The notes below the pieces were generated by a model. The model did not search any database, had not been told where the DNA came from, and saw nothing but the letters and a program-made list of their open reading frames with translations. This document shows, piece by piece, positions 48,807-60,300 of a stretch of 64,000 nt of DNA. The translations under genes and the position numbers were made by a program. The stretch comes from Felis catus (taxonomy: Eukaryota), in contig NC_058382.1 in assembly GCF_018350175.1 (NCBI RefSeq), forward strand, positions 42,532,001 to 42,596,000, given 5' to 3'. Numbering within the stretch: position 1 is the first letter of the stretch; the number at the start of each line of letters is the position of its first letter.

Positions 48807-49017
48807 GAGGCACCTGGGTGGCTCAGTCAGTTAAATGTCCAAATTTGGGTCAGGTCATTCTCTCAAGGTTTGTGAGTTTGAGCCCTGCATTGGGCTCTCC
48901 GCTGTCAGCACAGAGCCCACTTCGGATCCTCTCTGCCCCTCCCCAGCTTGCACACACACTCCCTCCCTCTCTCTAAAGTAAATAAACATTTTTAAAAATC
49001 TTTTTTTAAAAAAAAAA
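48807..49017 (+). mobile_element. Can-SINE
   Basis: TSD aagaacactccaccc. Confidence 0.9.
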
Positions 49018-50212
49018 AGAACACTCCACCCACTTGTCAGACATGTCTACTTATGGCTAAAGCCCAGTAGTGGACCAGATGACGCTTGTCTTCTCCCACA
49101 AAAAGAGGAAGCTGGGTGACTCAGGACAGGAGCCACTTAGTGCTACACATCAGAATCACAGATCCGTAACCCTAAGATAAGGTTGCATCAAGGACATCTG
49201 GCTGACCCAGCTACCCATTCATCATCCCCCATGCCCCATGTGAACTCTGAATGGAGCACCTCTCTACTGAGGCACCTGGCCTGGCACAACTGCTCCCTAT
49301 AGGGACAGGTGAAAGGTTGTTTCTTTTTTCAGGAAGAGATGGCAGGAGTGGAGCCAGCTGTTGGCAGGACCACACCTTAAAGCCCACATAGAACCAGCCA
49401 AGTTGCTGCACAGCTGAGTAGAAGAATCTATATGTGACTGGCACCCAGACCTAGCAGGTGGATTCACAGTCCTATCTGTCTTCTCTACCACCCCCTTCCC
49501 TTGTCCTCCCTCCCCCAGTTTGGCCCTTGCTTTGAGTGACACATGCTTAGTGCATTCAGGTAAACTAACCTTTTCAGGTCCTAGGCAGAAGAAACAAGTG
49601 GCTCTGCCGCCTCCCTCAAATAGGGCTCCATACTCCTAATGATGCGGCCATGCACAGCCCACAGGGGAGGCTGGCAGAGTGAGGAAATGAGGAGGTGAAT
49701 GTGGTCCAGAAAGAGGGATGTACGTGGTCCAGACCAGATGGAGCCACTGGTAGTCACTACTTCCTTGGTTCTGCCTTCCCTGTCCTCCTATCCCTGCTCT
49801 CTTGAAACCCACACTGATGGTGAACTCTCCACTAATGTTGTTAAAGAAAATATAGAAAATACAGAAAAAATAAAGAAAAAAAGAGAAAAAAATCAAGATC
49901 ATTAATGACTCTGCAACTCAGAGGCAACCACTGACACTATTTTGACATTAATCCTTCCTGTTTCTTTAGACAGCTTTGGAGTGCACTCTCCATGGCTAAT
50001 CTGCTCGTATTCAATATACAATCCCAAATTCTGCCTTTTTCCAGTTATTAAACCACAGCAGCCTTTTCCCAAGTACTGATGACAACAGCCGACATAATGG
50101 GTTTCCCCTGTTTTAAGTAATTTCCCTGTGTTAGCCCATTTAACTCTCACTGCAACTGTATGAGTTAAGTACTGTTATTATGCTGATTTTACAGAAGGAG
50201 TAACTCAGGTTC

Positions 50213-50832
50213 TGTCGCGGCTGGCCGGTGCGACAAACACCGAGGTCAGGGTCCTGAGGGTAGGGGAATGCAAGAAAAAAAGAGAGAAGAGAAAGTTTGG
50301 GAACAGGAGGGTCCCCTGGGCTGATGGCCCAAGTGACGGCTTTATTGTTGCTGTACACAATCTTTTATAACCAGACTCTTATGGGTTAGGTCATTCTAAG
50401 AATAAACAGGTTTCACATAATTGCTGCCCACCAAAACATTTAGTTCTGTGTTTCTTGTGCATTTTCTAGACGGGTCACAACACCTTGTTGATAAGATTGC
50501 TAGCAAAACACAATTCCCATGTTTGTTTCTATCTGACTCGGGGTAGAAAAAGGGAGGTAGCATTACTGCCAACACCTGCAGACCACAGTCTTCAGGAATT
50601 AACTTTCTCAGCCTTGACAAGGCTTTCGTATGCCCTTGAAAATGGGGGAATGGGAGGGGGAACCACCGGGTTGGCTTGAGTCAACAGGGAACGTTGCTCG
50701 ACCCGGTCTCAGCCTGGCACCGGGGCCCGGCCTCCCACATGAATGGGAGGGGGAACCACCGGGTTGGCTTGAGTCAACGGGGAACATTGCTCGACCCGGT
50801 CTCAGCCTGGCACCGGGGCCCGGCCCCCCACA
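50213..50832 (-). mobile_element. ERV solo LTR, class II/betaretrovirus-like, 620 bp
   Basis: TG...CA termini; perfect 6-bp TSD AGGTTC (50207-50212, 50833-50838); minus-strand TATAAAA 50363-50369 and AATAAA 50341-50346. It splits a MIR core (ctc-aggttc-agagaaggtaagtgactttcccaaagtcacacagct). Confidence 0.9.
50648..50832. repeat. 93-bp-period tandem duplication at the LTR terminus
   Basis: Units 50648-50739 and 50741-50832 differ at 3 of 92 positions. Confidence 0.95.
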
Positions 50833-51424
50833 AGGTTCAGAGAAGGTAAGTGACTTTCCCAAAGTCACACAGCTCACGATGGGTAGGGCTGGGATTCAAA
50901 CCCAGCAGCCTGGCTCAGAACCACCACACTAAGCCATCTGCTGCTATATTGAGTCTTACAGAACATGTCATTACTGACTGTGTAGCATATATTATATAAT
51001 GTAGATGCAACGTCCCTTATTCACCTATCCCTTCTGGTCATGTTGGGGTAAGACTGTTGTCAACAAGGCTATAGGACGCTCATCACAAAAACAATTTTTT
51101 GTGTATTTTGGATGGTCTCCCAGAACAAATTTCTCAAAGGATGAGGCGGTTTTAAGTTTCTTGCTCCATGTTGTTCAATGATGTTAGGAAAGTCTGTGAG
51201 TAACATGCCTGCCACCAGAGCATGAAGGCACCTACTTTGTCAAAAGTAAAGTTGTAACAGGGAGGGAACTTTGATGTGTTAACCAAGACCCCAGGATGCA
51301 GTAGACATGGAAGTCCCCAAGCCACAGCAGCACATGAGAATTTTAGACCATAGAAAGTGGTCTGAGAACCATTTCTGCAATTCCCAGGCCCCTTGGCCAT
51401 TCAAGGCTTGAAAAAAGAAAGTTT

Positions 51425-51548
51425 GGGGGCACCTGGGTGGCTTAGTCAGTTAAGCATCTGACTCTTGAATTTGGCACAGGTCATGATCCCAGGGTCATGG
51501 GATCGAGCCCCATACCAGGCTCCATGTTGAGCATAGAGACTGCTTGGG

Positions 51549-51590
<42 letters not shown>

Positions 51591-51612
51591 AAAAATAAAT
51601 CTTTAAAAAAAT
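51425..51612 (+). mobile_element. Can-SINE with expanded (CT)n
   Basis: Head ggggcacctgggtggc; (CT)n tract; A-tail. Confidence 0.9.
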
Positions 51613-52966
51613 GTTTGGAGGTGGGGGATTTAGGAGAGAGATTTTCTCTGGAGAGAGCTGTTACCTCCCTGTGAATCCTCATCCCACTTCCTTCCTCTCA
51701 AGCTGTGGGGCTCCTTTTCGGGAGACCATGGAGGAGGGCGAGAAGTGCTGCCCACCATGGGGAAGTTCAGCCAACTGGAGCTTGACTCCATCAGCTTGTG
51801 ACCACAGTGGGTAGGGTAGTGGGGCTGCAATGGGAGGGGCCATGCCTCTCCTGGAGTGGGGCAAGGGGCGTCAGAGGGTTGCCCACAAAGACCCTGCAGG
51901 ATTGGAGGTCACCTCTGGCCTGTCTCAGGCCTCTTTCTTAGAGGGGCATAGAGCCTGGGAAGAAATGCTGGGCAGAAAATGCCACACTCTGGAGACTGAG
52001 GAAGGATCACAGGATAGGAACTGGGGGACAGGTATCCCAAGGAAGGGACATCTCTGATGAACCCACAAAATTGGCCATGAGAGAAGGAGTAAGCTTTAAC
52101 CATCTGCCAGGCCTCCAGAGCAGGAGGCCATGGGTGGAGGAAGAATGGCACTGTTCCCCTACCTTTCCCTCTCTGCTCATTCCACCCTGCTGAGCAGAGG
52201 CATCACAGAAGCCCATCAGACCCCTGTTCTCAAAGGACTCCAGGCTTCGATGGGAGATTGGGAAGGGAACAGTCTTAACTGAGAATTAAGATGAAATTCC
52301 ACCTTCCTCCTGTCCCCACCCCCTGCTCCAGTCCCAGGTGCTTCCAGATCTGGCTGCCCCAACAGGACCTTGAGCCTGTGAGGTCAGCGACCATGCAGGA
52401 ACACCCCACCCCCACCCCCACCCCGCCACCAGGGACTTTTGATTCTTGGCACAGAGCCTGCCACTTCATCATGGTCCTGGCTGAGAGCCGGGATGTGTGA
52501 GGAAAGGTGAAGCACTGCCTATTAAACGAGACTGGGCAAAACAAAGGGGAGCAGGGAGGCCTGAGACCCTTAAATCCACAGTGAATACACCTGGGGATTG
52601 AGGGGCCTTCTAACCAGGTCCTCTGCTGCAATCTTATCACCTACTGTGCACTCAGAGCTTGACTCACACTGCAGCTGTAAGCCTATTGCACAGACGAACA
52701 CATCAGGCAGAGATTGCAGACTGGTCAGTTTTTTGAAGAGCCAAGACTATCTATCATGTGCTGTCACTCCAAGGCAGACAATCAAGGCTGTGGGCTGGCC
52801 AGAGGGCTGGTCACAATTTCTTCTGCCCCTGCACCTGCTGATGGGATTTCGGGAAGATAAAAGTGGGACTTCCCAGTGCTCACTGGACACTGCAGACACA
52901 GCTACCAACTGGTACCCACAGTGTGGATGTCACCCCAGCCTGTGGCAGGAGCTGGCTGGCCAGAAC

Positions 52967-55900
52967 ATGAGTTGGATTCTATACCTGAGCCTCACCCTTT
53001 GCCTGATGGTGCAGACAGCCCTGGGTAAGCCCCAACTCCATCCTGAGGGTGTCAGGCAAGAGGGACATGAGAGACACAGGGGCAGGCCCTCAGCTCAACC
53101 TCTCCTGGTACAGCGGGGCAAGGGCATTTTAACAAGGTCTGGGCGGATGGGGGGGTTGTTTCGGGCACTGATCCTCCCATCAGCTAAGAGTCTAGACATT
53201 TATGTTTATATATTAAAATATATTTTATAATTTACATAATATTATGTATTTATAATTTGTTAATTTATATTTGTATTCCTTATAAAATTAATATTATATA
53301 AAATTACTACTATATTAGTATATACATTAGTGTGTATGTATATGTTACCACCAACCAGACTGAGATCTAGAACATTTCCAGCACCCCACATGCTCCTTCC
53401 CAATCAATACCCTCAAAGTAGCCACTATTCTGACCTCTATCACAAATTAGTTTTGCCTATATAAGTGCATTTAAATTTTTTTTAAATGTTTTATTTATCT
53501 TTAAGACAGAGACAGAGTGCGAGCAGCGGAAGGGCAGAGAGAGAGGGAGACCCAGAATCTGAAGCAGGCTCCAGGCTCTGAACTGTCAGCACAGAGCCCA
53601 ATCTGGGGCTTAAACTTATGAACCACAAGATCATGACCTGAGCCAAAGTCATACGCCTAACCGACTGAGCTACCCAGGCGCCCTGTTTAAGTGCATTTAA
53701 ATTTTTTTATTTGCGAGAAACTTTGCTAAATCACTTTTAGCATTTTGGCACATTTTCTTTTAGTCTTTTTATTTCATGTTTGTACACAGCTACAGTATTA
53801 GCATGTATACAACTTTATACACTGCTTTTTTTCACTTAGAATCTTATCACAAGCAGCTTATAACTTTAGTTTATAGTTAAAATTTTTTTGCCTGGTCCTG
53901 TGACATAAATGATGCTTCTAGTACTCACTATGGTATATTTAACTATGGTTCATAAAGGTCTTCGTTTTAATGCCTTTCTGACTCTTTTCTGAAGGGAGGG
54001 ACCTGAAAGTGAAATTACTGAGTCAAAATAAACTTTTAAAAACTTTTAATTTTTTTTTCAACGTTTTTATTTATTTTTGGGACAGAGAGAGACAGAGCAT
54101 GAACGGGGGAGGGGCAGAGAGAGAGGGAGACACAAAATCGGAAACAGGCTCCAGGCTCTGAGCCATCAGCCCAGAGCCTGACGCGGGGCTCGAACTCCCG
54201 GACCGCGATATCGTGACCTGGCTGAAGTCGGACGCTTAACCGACTGCGCCACCCAGGCGCCCCTAAAAACTTTTAAAAAGGTTCGGGGGTACCTGGGTGG
54301 CTCAGTTGGTTAAGCGGGTGATTCTTAATTTCGGTTGAGGTCAGGCTCTCACCATTCGTGAGCTGGAGCCCTACATCTGGCTCTGCACTGACAGCATGGA
54401 ACCTGCTTGGGATTCTGTTTCTCCCTCTCTCTGCCCCTCCCCTGCCCTCTCTCATGTGCTCTCTAAATAAATAAATAAATAAATAAATAAGTAAAAACTT
54501 AAAAAAAAAGAAATCACTGAGTCAAAGCATGTGAACGTGGCTCTTATACATTATGCCAAATTATTTCTCCAAGGCATTGTATTAATTTATCCTGCACCAA
54601 CCTGTACCAACAGTATATGTGAATATCCTTTTCACATATACTGTTTCTTTGCCAGAATTGGGGGCCATCATTTTTAATTTCTTAGGTGGAAGTTGTCTCT
54701 CCTGGTTTTAATTAGCATTTAATGCTTATTAAGAAGGTGGAATGGGGAGCCTGGGTGGCTCAGTCGGTTGGGCGTCCGACTTCAGCTCAGGTCATGATCT
54801 CACAGTTCGTAGGTTCGAGCCCTGCATAGGGCTCTGTGCTGACAGCTCAGAGCCTGGAGCCTGCTTCAGATTCTGTGTCTCTCTCTTTGCCCATTACCAC
54901 TTGCACTCTGTCTCTCACCCTCTCAAAAATAAACATTAAAAAAAAAAGAAGGTGGAATGTTTTCCTAAGTGCTCACATATTGTCTCCAGGTAGCAAGGCT
55001 GGAGTGGGGACCACTCCATGGCAGTTCTTGTTCAGGGGTGTAAAGCACTCTGCCACATGCTTAGGTGTCCCCAGAGACTGGGATGAGGACAACAGAACAT
55101 CACCGCTTAGAGTAGAACTCTGAGAAGAACCTCACTCTGTGTGACCTTGAGCAAGTTCTATAACCCCTTTGAGCTTCATTTTCCACATTTGTATTGTGCA
55201 ATAATAACATTTACTCTCTACATTTTTTAGGAAGATGAGGTGAGATAATCCATGTAAAGTGTTTGGCACAGTGCTAGGCTATAATAAAGGATCAATAAAT
55301 TATAGTTGTGGGCTAGTCAGGCTTCAGGGCAAATCCAAGTAATATGACAGACCTCTGCCTCTTTGCTGTGTCCTCTGAGACCTCAGGCTGGTTGCTGCCC
55401 CTGTCTGGGCCCTTAGTCCTCCCCTAGCTCTCCCCAGGGCCAATGAGGACTTGATGTGAGAGAACCATGTGAAAGGCTGTGTAAACTGCAAAGAACTGCA
55501 CACATAGAGGAGGTTTGAGATGGCCCTTTGCCTGCACTGGCCTGCCTACATGCTTGCAGGCCACCATTGTAGTCACTCCTTGTGCACAGATATTGCTTTT
55601 GTCAGACGTGCAGAGACTCGGGAACATGGACAGAGTGGTACTTTGGGTCACCTGCAGCTGGAGGTGCGAGGGTGTGCTCTACCACACCAATTCCAAATGC
55701 GGTGCCCAAAATCAAATGCATCAAAATCTCACGGAGGTATCTGTAAATCTACTTTCCCAGTGCAACCCTGAGATTCTCATTCAGAGGGCAGGCCTAGGAA
55801 TCTGTATTTCAGCAATGATTTCCTCAGATGATTCTGATACACAGCCAAGTTCAATAATACTCGGACCAGATTTGCTTTCTGTCATTTGCAGAGTGAGCTC

Positions 55901-57273
55901 CAGGGGACCAGGGTACAGAACGATTCAGTTTTGATAAGAAAGGAGGAAGAGAAATGACAGGGGTGCTTCAGGAAAGGACAATAGATGTGAGGCAGAGCAA
56001 TGCTTGGCAATAGCAATAGGGCAAGATGAGAGCTGAGAAGAGGAAGAAATGCCCATAGGCAGCCATTAAATTCAAGTCGCTCTAGTTTGTATATAGTCCA
56101 AGAGCTGGCTAAGGTGTGGATATAGGTCTAATGTATCTGTGTGCCCATGTGTAATATATGAATATATGCCACATATGGATACAGTGTAACCTTTATATAA
56201 CTGTACTTACATGCATGCATATGTATGTATGCATATGTGTGTGCACTTAACTCTTGTATTTCTACATGCTTTGTTGTAAATAAGCTGTGTTCACATATAC
56301 CTATGTATGTATAAATTTGTATGTACATGTGAGTATTACTGTGAGTATACATACGAATGAGAATGTCAATAATGTGTGTGATTTCTTCCCAGAAGTATGC
56401 CAGGTAAATGTCAGCAACAAGAAAGAGGTACTGGAATACCAATATGAGACAAGCAAAAATCAAAATAAATGACATGATTATTGACATTAAATGATACATT
56501 AAATGACAGAAAAATAATTCATATAATAGACATGAACCTTTATGCACCTACCAACATAGCATTGAAACCTTAAATAATGAGAGAGAAAAATACTGAGAGA
56601 AACACAGAAAAGGTAGGCAAAATACACAATTGTGAAAAGCTTCAAGCTGCAACTGGTGCCATGGCAGACAGGCCAGAGTCCTATCAGTGGCCAGAGTGAC
56701 CCTTCTCCTCTCTTCCTAGGTGCTCAGCACACCAAGGAACCTCTAGTGATTACCAAATATGGGACCCTCCAAGGAAAACAGATGCACATCGGGAAGACAC
56801 CCATCAATGTCTTCCTAGGAGTGCCCTTCTCCAGACCACCTGTGGGTGTCCGCAGGTTTGCTGCCCCAGAGCCTCCAGAGCCCTGGGAAGGAATCAAAAA
56901 CGCCACCACCTATGCCCCTGCGTAAGAGCCAAATGACTGTTGGCTGGGAGGTGGGCAGACTCTAAGGAGGGGGGGTGGATCTATGCCGGCCTCTGGGCCA
57001 GAGTTTGAACAACTCACTAAAGAGTGCACCGTATGACTGTACGTAGCCTGGGGTCCATTCCGGCCCTCAGTTTCCAAACCTATATAATGAAGTCGTTGGC
57101 CCAGATGATGTTTACAGGACTGTTAATGCTGTTTGTTCTTGGCTTTCTTATGGGAAAGCTGCAGACAAGGAGGAGGTGCTCACTGATGTGCCTCCAGGAT
57201 CTTCTGGGAACCTAAGTTTTCCTAAAAGTATGTGAGGAGGAGTTCTCTCTGTCTCTGTCTGTCTGTGTCTCCA

Positions 57274-57331
<58 letters not shown>

Positions 57332-60300
57332 CATACCCAGTGAACCCTGAGCTCTTCCCTCTCACTTGGGGCTTGAGCCCCAGAACAAGCCCACATGACA
57401 CCATCAGCCCTTCCCTGCAGAAGGAGCTCCAAGATAGGGAGTCACAGGCTCAGTTTCAGTTTTAATGTCCCAGAATTTTTTCTTTTTCAGACAGAGAGAG
57501 AGAGAAAGAGAGAGAGAGCACACATACGAGTGCTTGAGCAAGGGAGGGGCAGAGGGAGAGAGAGAATCTTAAGCAGGCTCCACATGCAGCACAGAGCCCC
57601 ATGCAGGGCTCAATCCCATGACCCTGAGATCATGACCTGAACCCAACCGAGTCACCCAAGTACCCCAAAGTCCCAGAATCTTAATGCAACCTCTAACAGG
57701 GCTCAAATCCTGAGTCACATGAGCATGTTGAGATAATGACTGCCCTTTGAAGCACTAGGCTTGGCAATTTACCCAGAACAAGTGTATTTATTATTTATTC
57801 AGATCATTGAGTAACCCACTGACCAGAATATTCTGTGGCAATCATTAACAATCGGTTGGATACAGCACTGGGTTTAGAAAAATGTCTACTGTGAGAACCT
57901 GGGTGTCAGTTGATATCTAAAAACTATAACCACCACCCAGGGTGTCTAACTGTTGAGAACAGGGCATCCACTGTTAGAACATGAATGGCTATTAGTAGAA
58001 CACTGGGGTGTTAGTTGTTAGAACACTGACCACCAGTGAGAGAAACCAAGACATCTGAACCTTCTGTGATTGTTATGTGGAATCCCATGGATCAGGTGAC
58101 AGAACAGGGGATGACCATTATTAGAGCCCCGAGGATCAGGGGTTTAGAGATTGGGGTGCCCATTGCATAGAAGTCCAGGTGTCAGTTGTTGGAACGTTGG
58201 CCATGAGCTGTCAGACAATAGCTGTTTGGAACACAGAGTGACAGGTAGAAGAATTTGTGGATGGCTTACAACAGACTGTGGGATGGTAGTTAAGGAGACA
58301 AGAAGACTAGTGGCCTGTTTGGATAATGACTAGCTTCAGGCCAGAGCAGCAAGGGAACAAGTGGAGAAAGGAGTAGAATAGACAGGCTTTCCTGCAGCCA
58401 GTCAGATGGGCCCAGCCCCAACTATTGGCAATAGCCACACTCCAGGCTGGGACAGCAGGGAGAAAGGATGAGGTGGCCCAACAGCCCAAGCTCCACAAGT
58501 ACACCAAATGTTCACATGGTACAAGGCACTGGGCTGAGTGCCAGGACTCAGACAAATCCACATCCATCCCTGCCCCTAGGAGTGCATGGTTGCTTGGGGA
58601 GAATAACAACCAAACCAATCGAAACAACTCTAACCCAGCACTATAATCAGCGAGGATAGAACTTTGGGAAGCACAGACAGGAAGTGCCCAGCAGAGGGGG
58701 CGCCACTTTAGCTGAGCCTTAAACATAAGCAGGAGTTTGCCAGGCAGAGAAAACATTAGGCAGAAGGGACATAAGCAAAAGGGCTTAGAGATGGGAGACA
58801 AGGAAGGGTCCGTGGGCATCTAGAGCAAAGAGTGCCAGGAAGACTAGATGGAGAGGGCCTGCGTCAGTATGGGTGAATCTGGACCTTATCCTGAGCGCAG
58901 GGGGGCCCAGGAAGGTTTTAAGGAGGGAAGTGAAATAGGTTTTTGTTTTCTGTCAATCCCTCCGGTCAGGGCGTGGAGGATGAGTTGGAAGCGATGTCAA
59001 AGAGGCTGGGGCAGTGTCCTGGCCAGTGTAGGTAATGGCCTTTACAAGGCAGCATCTCTGGGATGGAGAAGGCCTATTTAAGAGCTGTTTGGGAGACAGA
59101 AAAGAGCCTGAAGGACGGGGGCATGAAATCCCAGGACACCCAGGTTTCTGGCTTGACAGCACCAAAAGGGTCTCCAACAGAAGCATGGAACCTCTCCCCA
59201 GGCAGATTCCTGGGACCGGGGGCAAGACAGAGGGGTGGATCTTGCCCTGGGTCTGACCTGGCGCTGCACTCACCCCGGACCCTAATGCTAGTGGAGGCTA
59301 TTCGGACACAGATACACACACGCACGCGCGCGCATCCTAAATTTTGCTTTTGGTTCTATTTCCTCAATTGCGGAACCTGGGTTTGCAACCATTCTCCCGT
59401 CTTTGGCCACCACATTGGGCCCAAACTCACATCGTGACCGCAGGTGCCTTCAGGAGTCCTGGGGACAGATCACCTCCATGTACTTCAACACGCGGAAACA
59501 GTACAAGTGGCTGCGCTTCAGTGAGGACTGTCTGTACCTGAATGTATACGCTCCAGTGCGCGCGCGTGGGGACGCTCCGTTGCCGGTGAGTATTCATCCT
59601 CTTCCACGCACCATCCCACTCAGGCACCCCACCGCCCAGCTCAGGCCTCCGCTTTCCATGTCCAGGTGATGGTCTGGTTCCCAGGAGGTGCCTTCCTCGT
59701 GGGCTCCGCTTCCACGTACGATGGCACGCAGCTGGCCTCTCGCGAGAAAGTGGTGCTCGTGCTTCTGCAGCACAGGCTCGGCATCCTGGGTTTCCTGAGG
59801 TGGGCGGGGCCGGGGGCCGGACGGGGAATCAGGGGCCCGGCTTCCCAGGGACATGTGCGGAAGGATAGAGGAGGGGGTGTGGGGGCGTGGTTACAAGAGG
59901 TGCGTGCAGGGGCGGGGCCTAATTTCTTCTGGAGAGGGCGGTCACTCCCAAGTGCCGCCAGAGGGGGACCTAACACTAGGGACAGAGGTGTGGTCGCAAG
60001 ACCTGGTGCCTGAGGGACCAAGCAGGGTGAGGTGGGGCCAGGCAGAACCAGGCTGGAGCCCTGAGTAACCAGACGGTCGGGGGGCTCCGGACCCTGATTA
60101 TGAGCCCCGCGCGTCCAGCACGGGCGACAGCCAGGCCCGCGGGAACTGGGCGCTGCTGGACCAGGTGGCTGCTTTGCGCTGGGTACAAGAGAACATCGCA
60201 GCCTTCGGCGGAGACCCACGCTGCGTGACCCTGTTTGGCCAGTCTTCGGGGGCCATGTGTATTTCGGGACTGGTGAGTGCAGCGCCAGGTCAGACCCAGC

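Noticed and set aside
50630-50932. ORF with a duplicated peptide (EWEGEPPGWLESTGN...)
   Set aside because: By-product of the 93-bp LTR duplication, whose period is a multiple of 3.
51700-51812. Possible degenerate CES exon (PFRETMEEGEK / GDHG words)
   Set aside because: Similarity to CES exons is patchy and split across frames. It cannot be supported without a tblastn or HMM search.
52598-52966. In-frame upstream extension of CES4A (ATG at 52841)
   Set aside because: A TATA-like GATAAAA at 52856-52862 suggests the TSS is downstream of that ATG, and the ATG at 52967 directly begins a good signal peptide.
57890-58250. CRISPR-like repeat-spacer array
   Set aside because: Mammalian DNA; the repeats are degenerate and contiguous, with no unique spacers or cas genes.
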